Assembly (NCBI GenBank): GCA_965215885.1
Contig: CBDCEW010000084.1
Location: 1-64,000, forward strand
From: Candidatus Moanibacter sp.
Lineage (GTDB): Bacteria; Verrucomicrobiota; Verrucomicrobiia; Opitutales; UBA2987
DNA: 64,000 nucleotides
Direction of reading: 5' to 3'
Shown here: one piece after another, positions 10,901 to 19,082 of the stretch
Numbering within the stretch: the first letter of the stretch is position 1
Layout: every line of letters starts with the position of its first letter
Program-made: the position numbers and the translations under genes
Notes under the pieces: generated by a model
Told to the model about the DNA's origin: nothing
Seen by the model: only the letters and a program-made list of their open reading frames with translations
Database searches by the model: none

Positions 10901-11295
10901 GGTGCGAAGGCAGCTACGGCAAACGAAAGAAGCAACAAAGCGAAAATAGCATTCGGTGCATTGTGTAAAGCTGGTGAAGTTCCTTTCCCCTCTTTCCTGT
11001 CCTGATCCCTGGAAATCAAAAGAGCTTCGGGTCTGGAAGACCGCATTGAGAGAAATAGATTCAACGAACGAACCCACCGCCTGACAACGAACGGGGAAGA
11101 GAAAACCAGCAACGCAATTCCAAAAAAAACCAAATCCTCGGATTCGATGGCAAAATCCCGGGACAGATAGTCCTTAATACCTACCCATTCGAAATAGTCG
11201 AAGAAGAGGGCCAGGGTAATCAAAATAACCGGTAACAACAGCACCACCAAAGAGTACTTCAAAACCCGCGCTGATCCAGGATTGAGACGCATCAT
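7927..11295 (-). CDS. CotH-kinase family protein with N-terminal TM helices and a C-terminal right-handed parallel beta-helix
   Basis: VRFRG...HF...KKSWRVK, VHLRING..AG...LEQ and HNIRWIFDP.SG.F...PW CotH motifs; DDAIN/DDAID/DKGISIGE beta-helix repeats. Confidence 0.85.
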   Translation of the reverse strand: MMRLNPGSARVLKYSLVVLLLPVILITLALFFDYFEWVGIKDYLSRDFAIESEDLVFFGIALLVFSSPFVVRRWVRSLNLFLSMRSSRPEALLISRDQDRKEGKGTSPALHNAPNAIFALLLLSFAVAAFAPDWAKSGVYHTMASALNPFAEEFVTPAERSINVVPSPDRQGDSLEKTKLPVIELTIPELSMQTLLKAIPEIDPNINKVTNFSRFAGVDGPQWPWVPAALTYGRRTYDVEVRFRGWNMDHFMVQKKSWRVKFPKDNLFYGLREINIINQRDHTAVIDVLRSELLRDSGLLVPTQFMVHLRINGRFAGIQTYLEQPGERFFIKHNRAVGDFYGEKKPIDSKKGFLNPDSWQKYSAWKDRHSFENLMELYRAIFSKGRPGYKEKIEEILDIDQYLTFCAHAAIMARLNPSGHNIRWIFDPVSGKFQIVPWYQGPTTYRSGNDFRLIKRLGWKVYPLGLAINDDMDGLFHLEDFRERYYSRTWELLTSSHERSRILAKIDELYELVKEDVYADSRIHYSPYVQMYISNEQWEESISRLKELVVLRDQYLKSEFNRCDLTVSAKPSGPGEFVAESLLGALTLLGRIELTSSEHIAPYVETLRIGIRGLQLESIEDLIVLDSKSGQQFKAISESNGNGEEMLVSFKIARSFPSRVSGIPYQVPLENGIFVSPYPMETGKLYTPQKTIHTLSLALRGKRVLPSTVAWEVLSVAARNSVTGDPLPSGVSPEQAHSGSRVESGMTRTMELVSHPRTPEGTLSERKPDGIGKLQPGIAQFQKTVVWSRGKRVLEEDYVVEKGTKLIVEAGAVIAIREGRSLLVKGLIEAKGTPQEPILFTSENPGEYWGVIAVATQRQGMNVFQNCIFEYGSNATLGRVDYTGVVSLYFSEGTVEECIFRDNRADDAINSKYASPTISNCRFVRNLDAVDIDFGGGIVKNCTFRDSRDDAIDLSSSWAIIRDNRIYGGGDKGISIGEKSFPKVYNNLILDCNIGIAIKDLSEPVMINNTVTRNKWGLALYRKKFEFGPSKGELINSIVFGNRTDVIIEKGSHIWASNSHIGQRVAGPDNSSDPPLFLDPGRRDFRLSDDSPCLGKGNGYLVSYYGLKGSQRLWNVGCEYDD

Positions 11296-11337
11296 TACGG
11301 CATCTGGCAGTTCGTTATATCTCCCTCTTCGTCAGTC

Positions 11338-12033
11338 CTAATCCTCTGTAAGAAACGCCGAATCAAAAAAGGACACTCTAATTTCTGTGAACGCACTCTC
11401 CAACGCCTCTTTGCAACGCATAAGCGCATCGTAGCTTTCTACGCCTATCAGGAATACGGCTTCCATACCATCTTCGTTTTCATCGAACCGTTTTAGAGAA
11501 ACGCCTGTGCAATGAGGTCGTAGTAGCTGAGGTATCTGTTTCAAATCACTCGCCGGTAATTTTGGTGAGCAAATGCTCAAAACCTTATGCGTCGCCTCGG
11601 AACCCTTTTCATCGAACGCCTGTAATCGAATCACGAAAGCGGCGACGAGAAAGCCGACTAAAGTAAGGACCGGCCGGTTGCCGCCCAGTCCCACGCCAAA
11701 CGCGATGATCAGAAAAAGGTAGACTAATTCTTCAGGGTCTTTTATGGCCGCGCGGAACCGGACAATCGAAAGAGCGCCCACAAGCCCCAGAGAGAGAGCC
11801 AGGGATGAACTCACTACCGATATTATCAGCGTCGTAACCACACACAACAGGACGAATGACTTGGCAAATCTACGACGGTTTGATAGCGAGCGTCCATATC
11901 GTATGTAGAGCTGTCCAACCAGAGTGCTGATTACTAAAGCTATCACCAGGTTGATACAAAACTCGGGCAGAGAAATAACGGAATCTGCGCTTGGGTTTAT
12001 CCAGGTCGAGAAAATCGATCTTTCAATATTCAT
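11338..12033 (-). CDS. DUF4956 family membrane protein
   Basis: SSLALSLGLVGALSIVRFRAAIKDPEE motif; usual neighbour of VTC and CotH genes. Confidence 0.9.
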   Translation of the reverse strand: MNIERSIFSTWINPSADSVISLPEFCINLVIALVISTLVGQLYIRYGRSLSNRRRFAKSFVLLCVVTTLIISVVSSSLALSLGLVGALSIVRFRAAIKDPEELVYLFLIIAFGVGLGGNRPVLTLVGFLVAAFVIRLQAFDEKGSEATHKVLSICSPKLPASDLKQIPQLLRPHCTGVSLKRFDENEDGMEAVFLIGVESYDALMRCKEALESAFTEIRVSFFDSAFLTED

Positions 12034-12038
12034 AGCTC

Positions 12039-13956
12039 GACCCCATTCGAAAAGCCTTTCGAGCGGACGGTTTCAGGTTTTCCGCCACAGGCGGACCAGC
12101 CTATGGCTGGCAGGCGTCGGGTTTCAGGCTGCCGACGCTGCCGATGAGCAGGTATTGAGCGGCCATCGGCGTGGCTTGCTGCACAATACGCATATTTGCC
12201 GCTGTTTGGAGGCATACTCATCCCGTGGTGCTTTTTTCTCCGAGCTGCAAAGCGGTCAGATTCAGGCCGCCTGTTCCAGTTCCTCCCGTCGTCGTTTCTT
12301 CATCAGTATGATGCGGCAGAAGTTGTAGGCCAGAACCTTCTCGAGCAGTTCATCGCCTACCGCATCGATGCCGCGGCGGCCGAGTTCGCCAAAGGCAAAT
12401 CCATCTTTAATCGTGAACATCAGCGACTCCACTGCGGAGCGATTGCGGCGTGCCTCGCGATACGCCTCGCTCTCCCGGTCCTCGGGGGTGGTCAACTTCT
12501 TGCCCTTCGCCCCACTGATACTGATCTGCTTTACCCCCATGCCCAGCACCTCCTTGCGCCCCTTCGCCGAAGCATATCCGTCATCGGTGCTGATCAGTTC
12601 AGCAATGACACCGGTGCGCTTGATCGAATCGCCGATGGCCGGCGCCAGCTCAATGGAGTCTGCCGCATTGCCTTGCGGTACGATCAAGCTGGTGACAAAA
12701 CCGTTTTCGCTGCGAACCAGTTGTGGCTTGTACCCGATGACTGGATTGCGGCTGCCCTTCTTGATGTAGACCGCCGATCCGTCCGACAGGCTCAGGACCT
12801 TCTGCGTGGACGGTAGCTTCTTTTCGTGAAACACCCGATCATGAGCATACTCAACAACCCGCTTGGCGTCGGCAATATCGCGCCTGATCTGGCTCAATAC
12901 CCGCTTCAGAAGCTCCCGGCGAGTGGGAGGCAGTGAATCCATCGACAGGCCCTCTTCAAGATGGCTCAGTTCCCCCGTTAGTGAGTCGGCCGCCTTGTGG
13001 CCCCGCTTGAGCAACCGCCGGTAGTGTTTCTTCAGCTTGCCCTTCGACTTCGGTTTGCCCGCGGCCAGACAAATCTGAAACTCCAGCTTGTCCATCTCCT
13101 GCAGCCAACGCCCAACCCATCCCTTGCGAAAATCCTCCAGCCCGAATATATGCAACTTCTGACCCAAACGATTGGCCCGCATCAAAAGACCGCTCAGAAT
13201 CCTCCCATCGGTGGGCCAGCAGCTGTTTGCTTTCACCGAGGTGCTGTCGATCGTCAGCTTCCCGAAATCGTCCCATTGCTCCTGGAGGATAAACCCAATC
13301 TGTTTATCAAAGATCAGCTCGCGGGTCCTATGGCTGACCAGGTTCACGTTCTCCAGAATCGTCGTCACCGCCGGCATCCTCAGTCCCCGCCTCTGAAGAA
13401 ATCCGTACAAGCTCATCGACTCGCGCAGAAACCGCCGTGCCGGTTTCGTGGTCAACGAACCGAGAAACCCACGAATCATCACGAACACGTATACCGCATA
13501 AGCCGGCATCCGCGGCCGGCCTACCGCAAGATTCAATTCAGCAGCCAGAATATTCTCCTCCTCGATGTCCAGCTCCGGCAGCTCCGCTGTGCGCCCTTCA
13601 AAGAACCTTCGATCTTCCAATCGAAGTTTCTTCTTCTCACGCGCATGGGCGTCCAGATCCTTCTCGATCGCCTCGATGATTTGCGCCGCGAACCCGGCCA
13701 ATTCTTCAACTTCATCCAGAAAATCACGAAAATCCGTGTCTGGAACCGGCAGAATGAGGTTGCTAAGGGGCGTCTTGTCGCTTTTGTTCTCCTCTGTCGC
13801 ACATGTTGGCATGTTTAACTCATTTCTTAATCTTAAGTTGTTAAACACTAGTATGTTACGACACTTTTTATCAAGCCGAAAAACTGATTTTTCTCAAGTT
13901 TTTCTTGCGCCTTTTGCGCCTCTTTGCGGCCAATCAGTAGCTTTTCGGATAAGGTC
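12039..13956 (-). mobile_element. ISNCY/IS5-like DDE insertion sequence, copy 2 (1918 bp)
   Basis: Same IRs as copy 1; TSD TAGCTC at 12033..12038 and 13957..13962. Confidence 0.95.
12262..13812 (-). CDS. DDE transposase (ISNCY/IS5-like)
   Basis: Near-identical to 6084..7634. Confidence 0.9.
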   Translation of the reverse strand: MPTCATEENKSDKTPLSNLILPVPDTDFRDFLDEVEELAGFAAQIIEAIEKDLDAHAREKKKLRLEDRRFFEGRTAELPELDIEEENILAAELNLAVGRPRMPAYAVYVFVMIRGFLGSLTTKPARRFLRESMSLYGFLQRRGLRMPAVTTILENVNLVSHRTRELIFDKQIGFILQEQWDDFGKLTIDSTSVKANSCWPTDGRILSGLLMRANRLGQKLHIFGLEDFRKGWVGRWLQEMDKLEFQICLAAGKPKSKGKLKKHYRRLLKRGHKAADSLTGELSHLEEGLSMDSLPPTRRELLKRVLSQIRRDIADAKRVVEYAHDRVFHEKKLPSTQKVLSLSDGSAVYIKKGSRNPVIGYKPQLVRSENGFVTSLIVPQGNAADSIELAPAIGDSIKRTGVIAELISTDDGYASAKGRKEVLGMGVKQISISGAKGKKLTTPEDRESEAYREARRNRSAVESLMFTIKDGFAFGELGRRGIDAVGDELLEKVLAYNFCRIILMKKRRREELEQAA

Positions 13957-14299
13957 TAGCTCTATCTTTAAACGATTCATTTAGCAATTTTGCATCCTCA
14001 AAAAAAATGCACTGAAATCGAGCAACTTCCGAAAATGGTACGATAAAGATCAAGCCAATTATACCGGCCCCTAGTCCTGGTGGCATATCCGCTCGGGCAT
14101 GCTGCCAGCATTGCATACTTGCGGGCAAACCTCAAGAGATGTGAGCTTTGGCGCAATCTCGAGCGAAGACAGGCTGTGTTTCTCCCCGCATTCGCTACCA
14201 ATTCGTCTCCATCTTCTTAACTCCGTTTGCGCCAAAGCCGTGAAATCTTCAGGCTAGTGAAGAACCCTGCCGAATTCCCGCTTGACTTTACCGTAGGGT

Positions 14300-14917
14300 G
14301 TGAAATCGACTGGTCGCATGCATCTGGTTTGCCTGGACCTGGAAGGCGTCCTCCTTCCCGAAATCTGGATCGCGGTCGCGGAAAAGACCGGTATTGCTGA
14401 ACTCAGGCGAACCACCCGCGATGAGCCCGATTATGACAGGTTGATGCGTTTCCGGCTGGATATTCTCTCTCGTCACAACATTGGAATCGACCTGATACAA
14501 GAGGCCATCGGCTCACTGGAGCCACTCCCGGGCGCGCTGGATTTTACCCGTTGGTTAATATCGGAAACTCGACTCGTTGTTCTCTCCGATACCTTTGCGG
14601 AATTTGCCGCTCCCCTCATGAAGCAGCTGGGTTATCCAACCCTCTTCTGCCACAATCTCGTGATCGATGATTGCGGCCGAATTGTTGACTACCGGCTGCG
14701 GCAACAGGATCAGAAACGAAATGCAGTCATCGCTTTTCAAAAGTTGAACTTCGAGGTCATCGCCGCGGGAGATTCTTACAACGACCTGAGCATGCTCCAA
14801 GCCGCTGACCATAGTATTCTCTTTTGTCCTCCGGACAGGATGCAGACGGAATATCCCGACTTTCCCGTCACAACCGACCACTCCGAGCTTCGCGCACGAA
14901 TCGAAGAGCTCATCTGA
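14300..14917 (+). CDS. thrH: Bifunctional phosphoserine phosphatase/homoserine phosphotransferase (HAD)
   Basis: CLDLEGVLLPEIW, TTRDEPDYD, LSDTF, AAGDSYND. Confidence 0.93.
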   Translation: MKSTGRMHLVCLDLEGVLLPEIWIAVAEKTGIAELRRTTRDEPDYDRLMRFRLDILSRHNIGIDLIQEAIGSLEPLPGALDFTRWLISETRLVVLSDTFAEFAAPLMKQLGYPTLFCHNLVIDDCGRIVDYRLRQQDQKRNAVIAFQKLNFEVIAAGDSYNDLSMLQAADHSILFCPPDRMQTEYPDFPVTTDHSELRARIEELI

Positions 14918-15111
14918 TACCCCGCCTCCTCTCGGGATACGGAACACTCTTGTTTGAGCGTTCCATAAATCTGATATTGAGATCTCTATTTACCGTTGCC
15001 GGCTTGTTTTATCCAAGCCGATAAAGGTATCGCGCGGCGGAACGGCGGCGGGCTGAAGGGAGTCAGCTTTTTATGAGTGTCGTTCAACCCGTTCGCTTAA
15101 CTTCCTCTTTC

Positions 15112-16500
15112 TTATTGAGAGGATTTTTTGCCATAAAATCCTATTCCGATAAGAAATGCTAAGGACAATAGTGAAATGATGATGCCAATAAGAAAAACCG
15201 GCCTGTCAACCTTGAATACCACATCATGTTCACCTGCAGGTAAAAGAAGCCCTCTGAATAGGTGGTTGACTGGATACACCCGGGTAGGTTTGCCATCCAG
15301 TTGACCTTTCCAAAGAGGATAGTATGCGTCAGTCAGAACTAACACTCCGGGGTTTTTCAACTTTGCCTTGATTTGACCCTCTGGGTTGAATATACTGTAA
15401 TCACCGGGAGTTCGTGTTTTGCAGGTTTTACAGGTAATTTCTGTTCGACCACAGCCATTTTAAAGGAATCAGGTATCTGAATACTTTTTCAAAGCGGCCT
15501 ATATAAAAAATGGCACCTGCAATCAGGCAAAAACCCGCCAATTGAGAGTTTTATCGAAGAGCTCGGCCTTTATATATGGGGCACTGAATAGGGACGCCTG
15601 GTCATAGGTTCGAGTAAGAATTGCAGGATCATTAGGAGGTAAAATCTGATAAACTCGCTCGCCCCAGGCACTGGATTGATTGACCAGGTTCAACTAAAAG
15701 TGAGAATTTCCGCCTTCAGGTGGATAGCCTAGTCCGAGAAGAAACAGTAAGAAAGTCAAAATACATCCCGTAGCAATCAAGCATTTCTTGAGTTCAGCCT
15801 TCGACCAATTTTGATTTAATGCAAATGCCGTCACCAAAGCAGAACCAAGCATGTAGAAGATAAGAAATCGCTGTAAGGAAAGATCTCCCAAAGATACCAA
15901 CGGCCCCAGTAGGATCCGGCTGTGCCATCACCAAAAAAGAACGGGCAGATTGCTGTTATGAGATTTTCTGGCGGCAACGAATAGCTACAGGCGAATTCAT
16001 AATCAACTTCTCTGGATCGGTGGGAATATCTCGTGAAATAGGCTGTTGGAATGGTTTGAATGGCGGCAATTACTAGGCTGAAGATGCTGGCCAATCCCAG
16101 TTTTCCCAGATTAACGACACTTTCATGTAGGTTTGTTTTCCGGATCAGAATCCAGGCAACCCAATAAAAGAAAAGAATCAGCCCAGTAAAATATGTGTAC
16201 TGCGGATAACCAGCCAGTAGCTGTATTCCCAATAGCCCACCCGTATAAATGGCATCCTTCCAGGAATTGTTTCGCAGAGATTTGTCCCAGAAAAGCAAAA
16301 TAACCGGAATCCAGGGACAGGTATTCACAAAACCTAAGTGGCCAGCATACAGGCGAATTGTAAACACCCCTGACAATGAGAAAACTGCAGCCCCGGTAAA
16401 TGGCCCAAACCTGTGCTACAGCAGGTGGCATCAGATCGGCAAGATAAGCATTAAAGTGGTAAATTTTAGAAAAACAGATTCGCCAAATCAGAAGAACCTT
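15112..16500 (-). pseudogene. Degraded YfhO-family (GT-C-like) membrane protein, several frameshifted fragments
   Basis: Fragments show QLLAGYPQY, SLPPENLIT..P.FFG and a C-terminal LVLTDAYYP.W....DG.......N..FRG....AGEH motif; lower GC than the flanks. Confidence 0.75.
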
Positions 16501-16560
16501 TGTTGATTATCAGCGAGTTACCGAGCCGATTTTCTCCATTTTCATAACCGGATAACAAGC

Positions 16561-17082
16561 ATGAAGCTTTCATCTGAACCAGACGGATCGACGACAATAA
16601 AGCAGTGCGGTGAATCGGTCGTGGCAAATCGCACGACCCTCTTCATTTTTCTTCTTCTCGCAGCGATTGTTACTCTTTACTGGCGCACTCTGTCCTACAC
16701 TATTCATGAATTAGACGATGCGGATCAGCTTTTATATGTCAGGAATTTCTCGAGTGTGGCCGATTGTTTCGGACGCGATTTTGGATATCTCTACCGTCCG
16801 GTTAAGAATCTCTACTTTTTTCTTTTCGATCAGTGGTTTCCTGAGAATTACCTCGTGTGGCGTGCGGGAGTACTGGCAATGGTCTCTACCTTTGCCATTC
16901 TCCTCGTTCACTTTTACCGGTCGATTCTTCCTTCGCGTAAATGGGCTTTTGTGGCCGTAGCGGTGTATTTTGCGACACCCGCACATGCCTCGGCAATCTC
17001 TTGGTTGAGCACGGTGCACATGATCGTATGTGCCATTGCGCTGCTAAGCTTTATCGCCTCTGGTGCGCGTTACTTGCGCTGA
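16561..17082 (+). pseudogene. Truncated membrane glycosyltransferase-like (PMT/TMTC-type N-terminus) protein
   Basis: TM helix, LDD, YRPV and P.H..AISW pattern; ends after only 173 aa. Confidence 0.55.
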
Positions 17083-17529
17083 ATCTGATAGAGATACTTC
17101 TGCGAATCCATCCGAAGAATTCTCGCTTAATAGAAATTCGAGACAGCTATCGGCATCTCATGGTTCATCCGGTCGTTGAGCCTTAGCGAAAAGGAGGAAT
17201 CCCCAGCGTTTTGGAATCCACCTGCGTTCCCACCGGTTGCACATGTCGGATAGATTCCAGCTCAAACAGGCAAGATCCATCTTTTGAAAAATCCGCTGGG
17301 CGCTTCCGTAGTTACTTCGCGCCAGGCTTTGGACGACGGGTTGACCCGCGATGTATCTAAACAGACCCACGTTAAATCTTGCGTCATGGGTTAAGCCAGA
17401 AAAAGGTAGACTTCGGCCTCCGGGCGGCGTCAGACCGCTTCCGGAGGCCGAGGTTCACCATTGCTCGGATATGTTGAATGCCGTATTAAGTACTAAGACC
17501 CTTATAGAAAGCGGAGAAACCCAATTCTC

Positions 17530-18807
17530 ATGAGCTTGGAAACCGCATTCACCCTGGACACCTCCAGTATCAAATACGGTCCTGGAGTCACCGCGGAAGT
17601 CGGCCACGATATTGCACAGCTGAACGCGCGGCGCGTCATGGTGCTGACCGATCCGAACCTTAAAGAGAGCGAGCCCGTGACTGTCACCTTGGAGGCTTTG
17701 AAAAAGGAGGGGATAGATGGCGTCCTATACGACCAGGTTCGGGTCGAACCGACAGATGAGTCATTTAAAGAAGCGAGTAAATTTGCCGTGGACGGCAGCT
17801 TCGACGGCTTTATAACCGTCGGCGGCGGCTCGACTATGGATACGGGAAAAGCAGCCAACCTCTACTCCACCTATCCCGCGGATTTCTTCGCTTACGTCAA
17901 TCCGCCTATCGGTGACGGCCGGCCTGTTCCTGGGCCCCTCAAACCGCACATCGCGATACCGACCACCGCGGGAACGGGAAGCGAAACTACCGGAATCGCC
18001 ATCTTTGATTTTCACGACATCAAAGCTAAAACAGGAATCGCCCACCGCGCTCTTCGTCCTCGCATGGGTATAATTGACCCGCACAACATCCGGACTCTAC
18101 CCAGGATGGTAGCCGCCTGCACCGGACTGGATGTTTTGAGCCATGCCGTCGAATCCCTGACAGCTTTACCCTTTCACGAGCGCCCCGCACCCGATCATCC
18201 GGGACTGCGTCCCGCTTACCAGGGCGCAAACCCCATCAGCAGCGTATGGGCTGTGCGCGCTATCGAATTAGTCACCGATTACATCCTGCGCGCTGTCCAT
18301 GATCCCTCCGACGACGAGGCTCGAGGTCAGATGCTGCTGGCTGCCACATTCGCCGGAATCGGATTCGGTAACGCCGGTGTCCACCTGCCTCACGGAATGT
18401 CCTACCCCGTCGCCGGACTAGTCCGCGACTTCTCGCCCGACGGCTATTCTGTCGATCACCCGATTATTCCTCACGGGATGTCCGTCATTCTGAACGCCCC
18501 CGCGGTATTTCGCTTTACAGCTCCGGCGAATCCCACCGTGCACCTCGAAGCCGCCCGCCTCATGGGTGTCGACACATCAGAAGCCGAGGAAGAGCACGCC
18601 GGCAAACTCCTTGCCGGAGCCGTCGTCGATTTGATGAAAAAGCTCGAAATTCCCAACGGGCTTCAAGCAGTCGGCTACACCATGAACGATCTGGACAACC
18701 TCGTCGAAGGAACGCTGCCACAACATCGGGTGACTAAACTTTCACCAAGACCGGCCTCCGCTGAAGACCTCAAGCAACTCTTTAGAGATTCGATGAGATG
18801 CTGGTAG
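17530..18807 (+). CDS. Hydroxyacid-oxoacid transhydrogenase (iron-containing alcohol dehydrogenase family)
   Basis: VEPTD, GGGSTMDTGK, YVNPPIG.G, IPTTAGTGSE, RPAYQGANP, GVHLPHGMSYP. Confidence 0.92.
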   Translation: MSLETAFTLDTSSIKYGPGVTAEVGHDIAQLNARRVMVLTDPNLKESEPVTVTLEALKKEGIDGVLYDQVRVEPTDESFKEASKFAVDGSFDGFITVGGGSTMDTGKAANLYSTYPADFFAYVNPPIGDGRPVPGPLKPHIAIPTTAGTGSETTGIAIFDFHDIKAKTGIAHRALRPRMGIIDPHNIRTLPRMVAACTGLDVLSHAVESLTALPFHERPAPDHPGLRPAYQGANPISSVWAVRAIELVTDYILRAVHDPSDDEARGQMLLAATFAGIGFGNAGVHLPHGMSYPVAGLVRDFSPDGYSVDHPIIPHGMSVILNAPAVFRFTAPANPTVHLEAARLMGVDTSEAEEEHAGKLLAGAVVDLMKKLEIPNGLQAVGYTMNDLDNLVEGTLPQHRVTKLSPRPASAEDLKQLFRDSMRCW

Positions 18808-18857
18808 GTGAAATCCTTGTGATTACAAAAGTACGTCGTCCCGAGCCCTGCGAGGAT

Positions 18858-18922
18858 CGAAAAGCTTCCGCTTTCCGCTACATTCCGAATCCAAGTGTGT
18901 AGCGGAAAGCGGAAGCTTTTCG
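18858..18922. repeat. Perfect 25-bp inverted repeat (GTAG-type REP doublet/REPIN) between convergent genes
   Basis: CGAAAAGCTTCCGCTTTCCGCTACA -15 nt- TGTAGCGGAAAGCGGAAGCTTTTCG; each arm is GTAG plus an internal hairpin. Confidence 0.8.
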
Positions 18923-19082
18923 TCCGGTCGCTGCCGCAAGTTTCAACCCGGATTGATCAGGCGACATCCCGCGCCCCGGGGGCCCGACTGACCTGAAACT
19001 TCAATGTGGGTGCGGGTTTCCGGGCGATGGCGGCCGAAATTTTCAGTCCTTTCGAGGGCGGAATTTGCCGATCCAGGAGTAC

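Larger units (their letters stand above)
1..15348. repeat. Left arm of a large inverted segmental duplication (partner 43679..55142); probably extends beyond the window start
   Basis: ORFs are near-identical in opposite orientation, with constant coordinate sums (55143 for 1..~5230, 55130, 57054, 59027). The offsets are explained by a 13-bp indel, two IS insertions and a ~50-bp indel. Confidence 0.97.

Noticed and set aside
5861..13956. A single composite transposon inserted as one unit
   Set aside because: Each IS has its own matching TSD, and the enclosed genes are in native context in the other arm.
6190..13984. Numerous overlapping antisense ORFs in the track (e.g. 6846..7640, 12997..13818)
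   Set aside because: Shadow ORFs opposite clear coding genes, with no motifs.
17090..17470. Possible gene remnant and a CGGCCTCCGG/CCGGAGGCCG hairpin
   Set aside because: Too short to assign a family or function.
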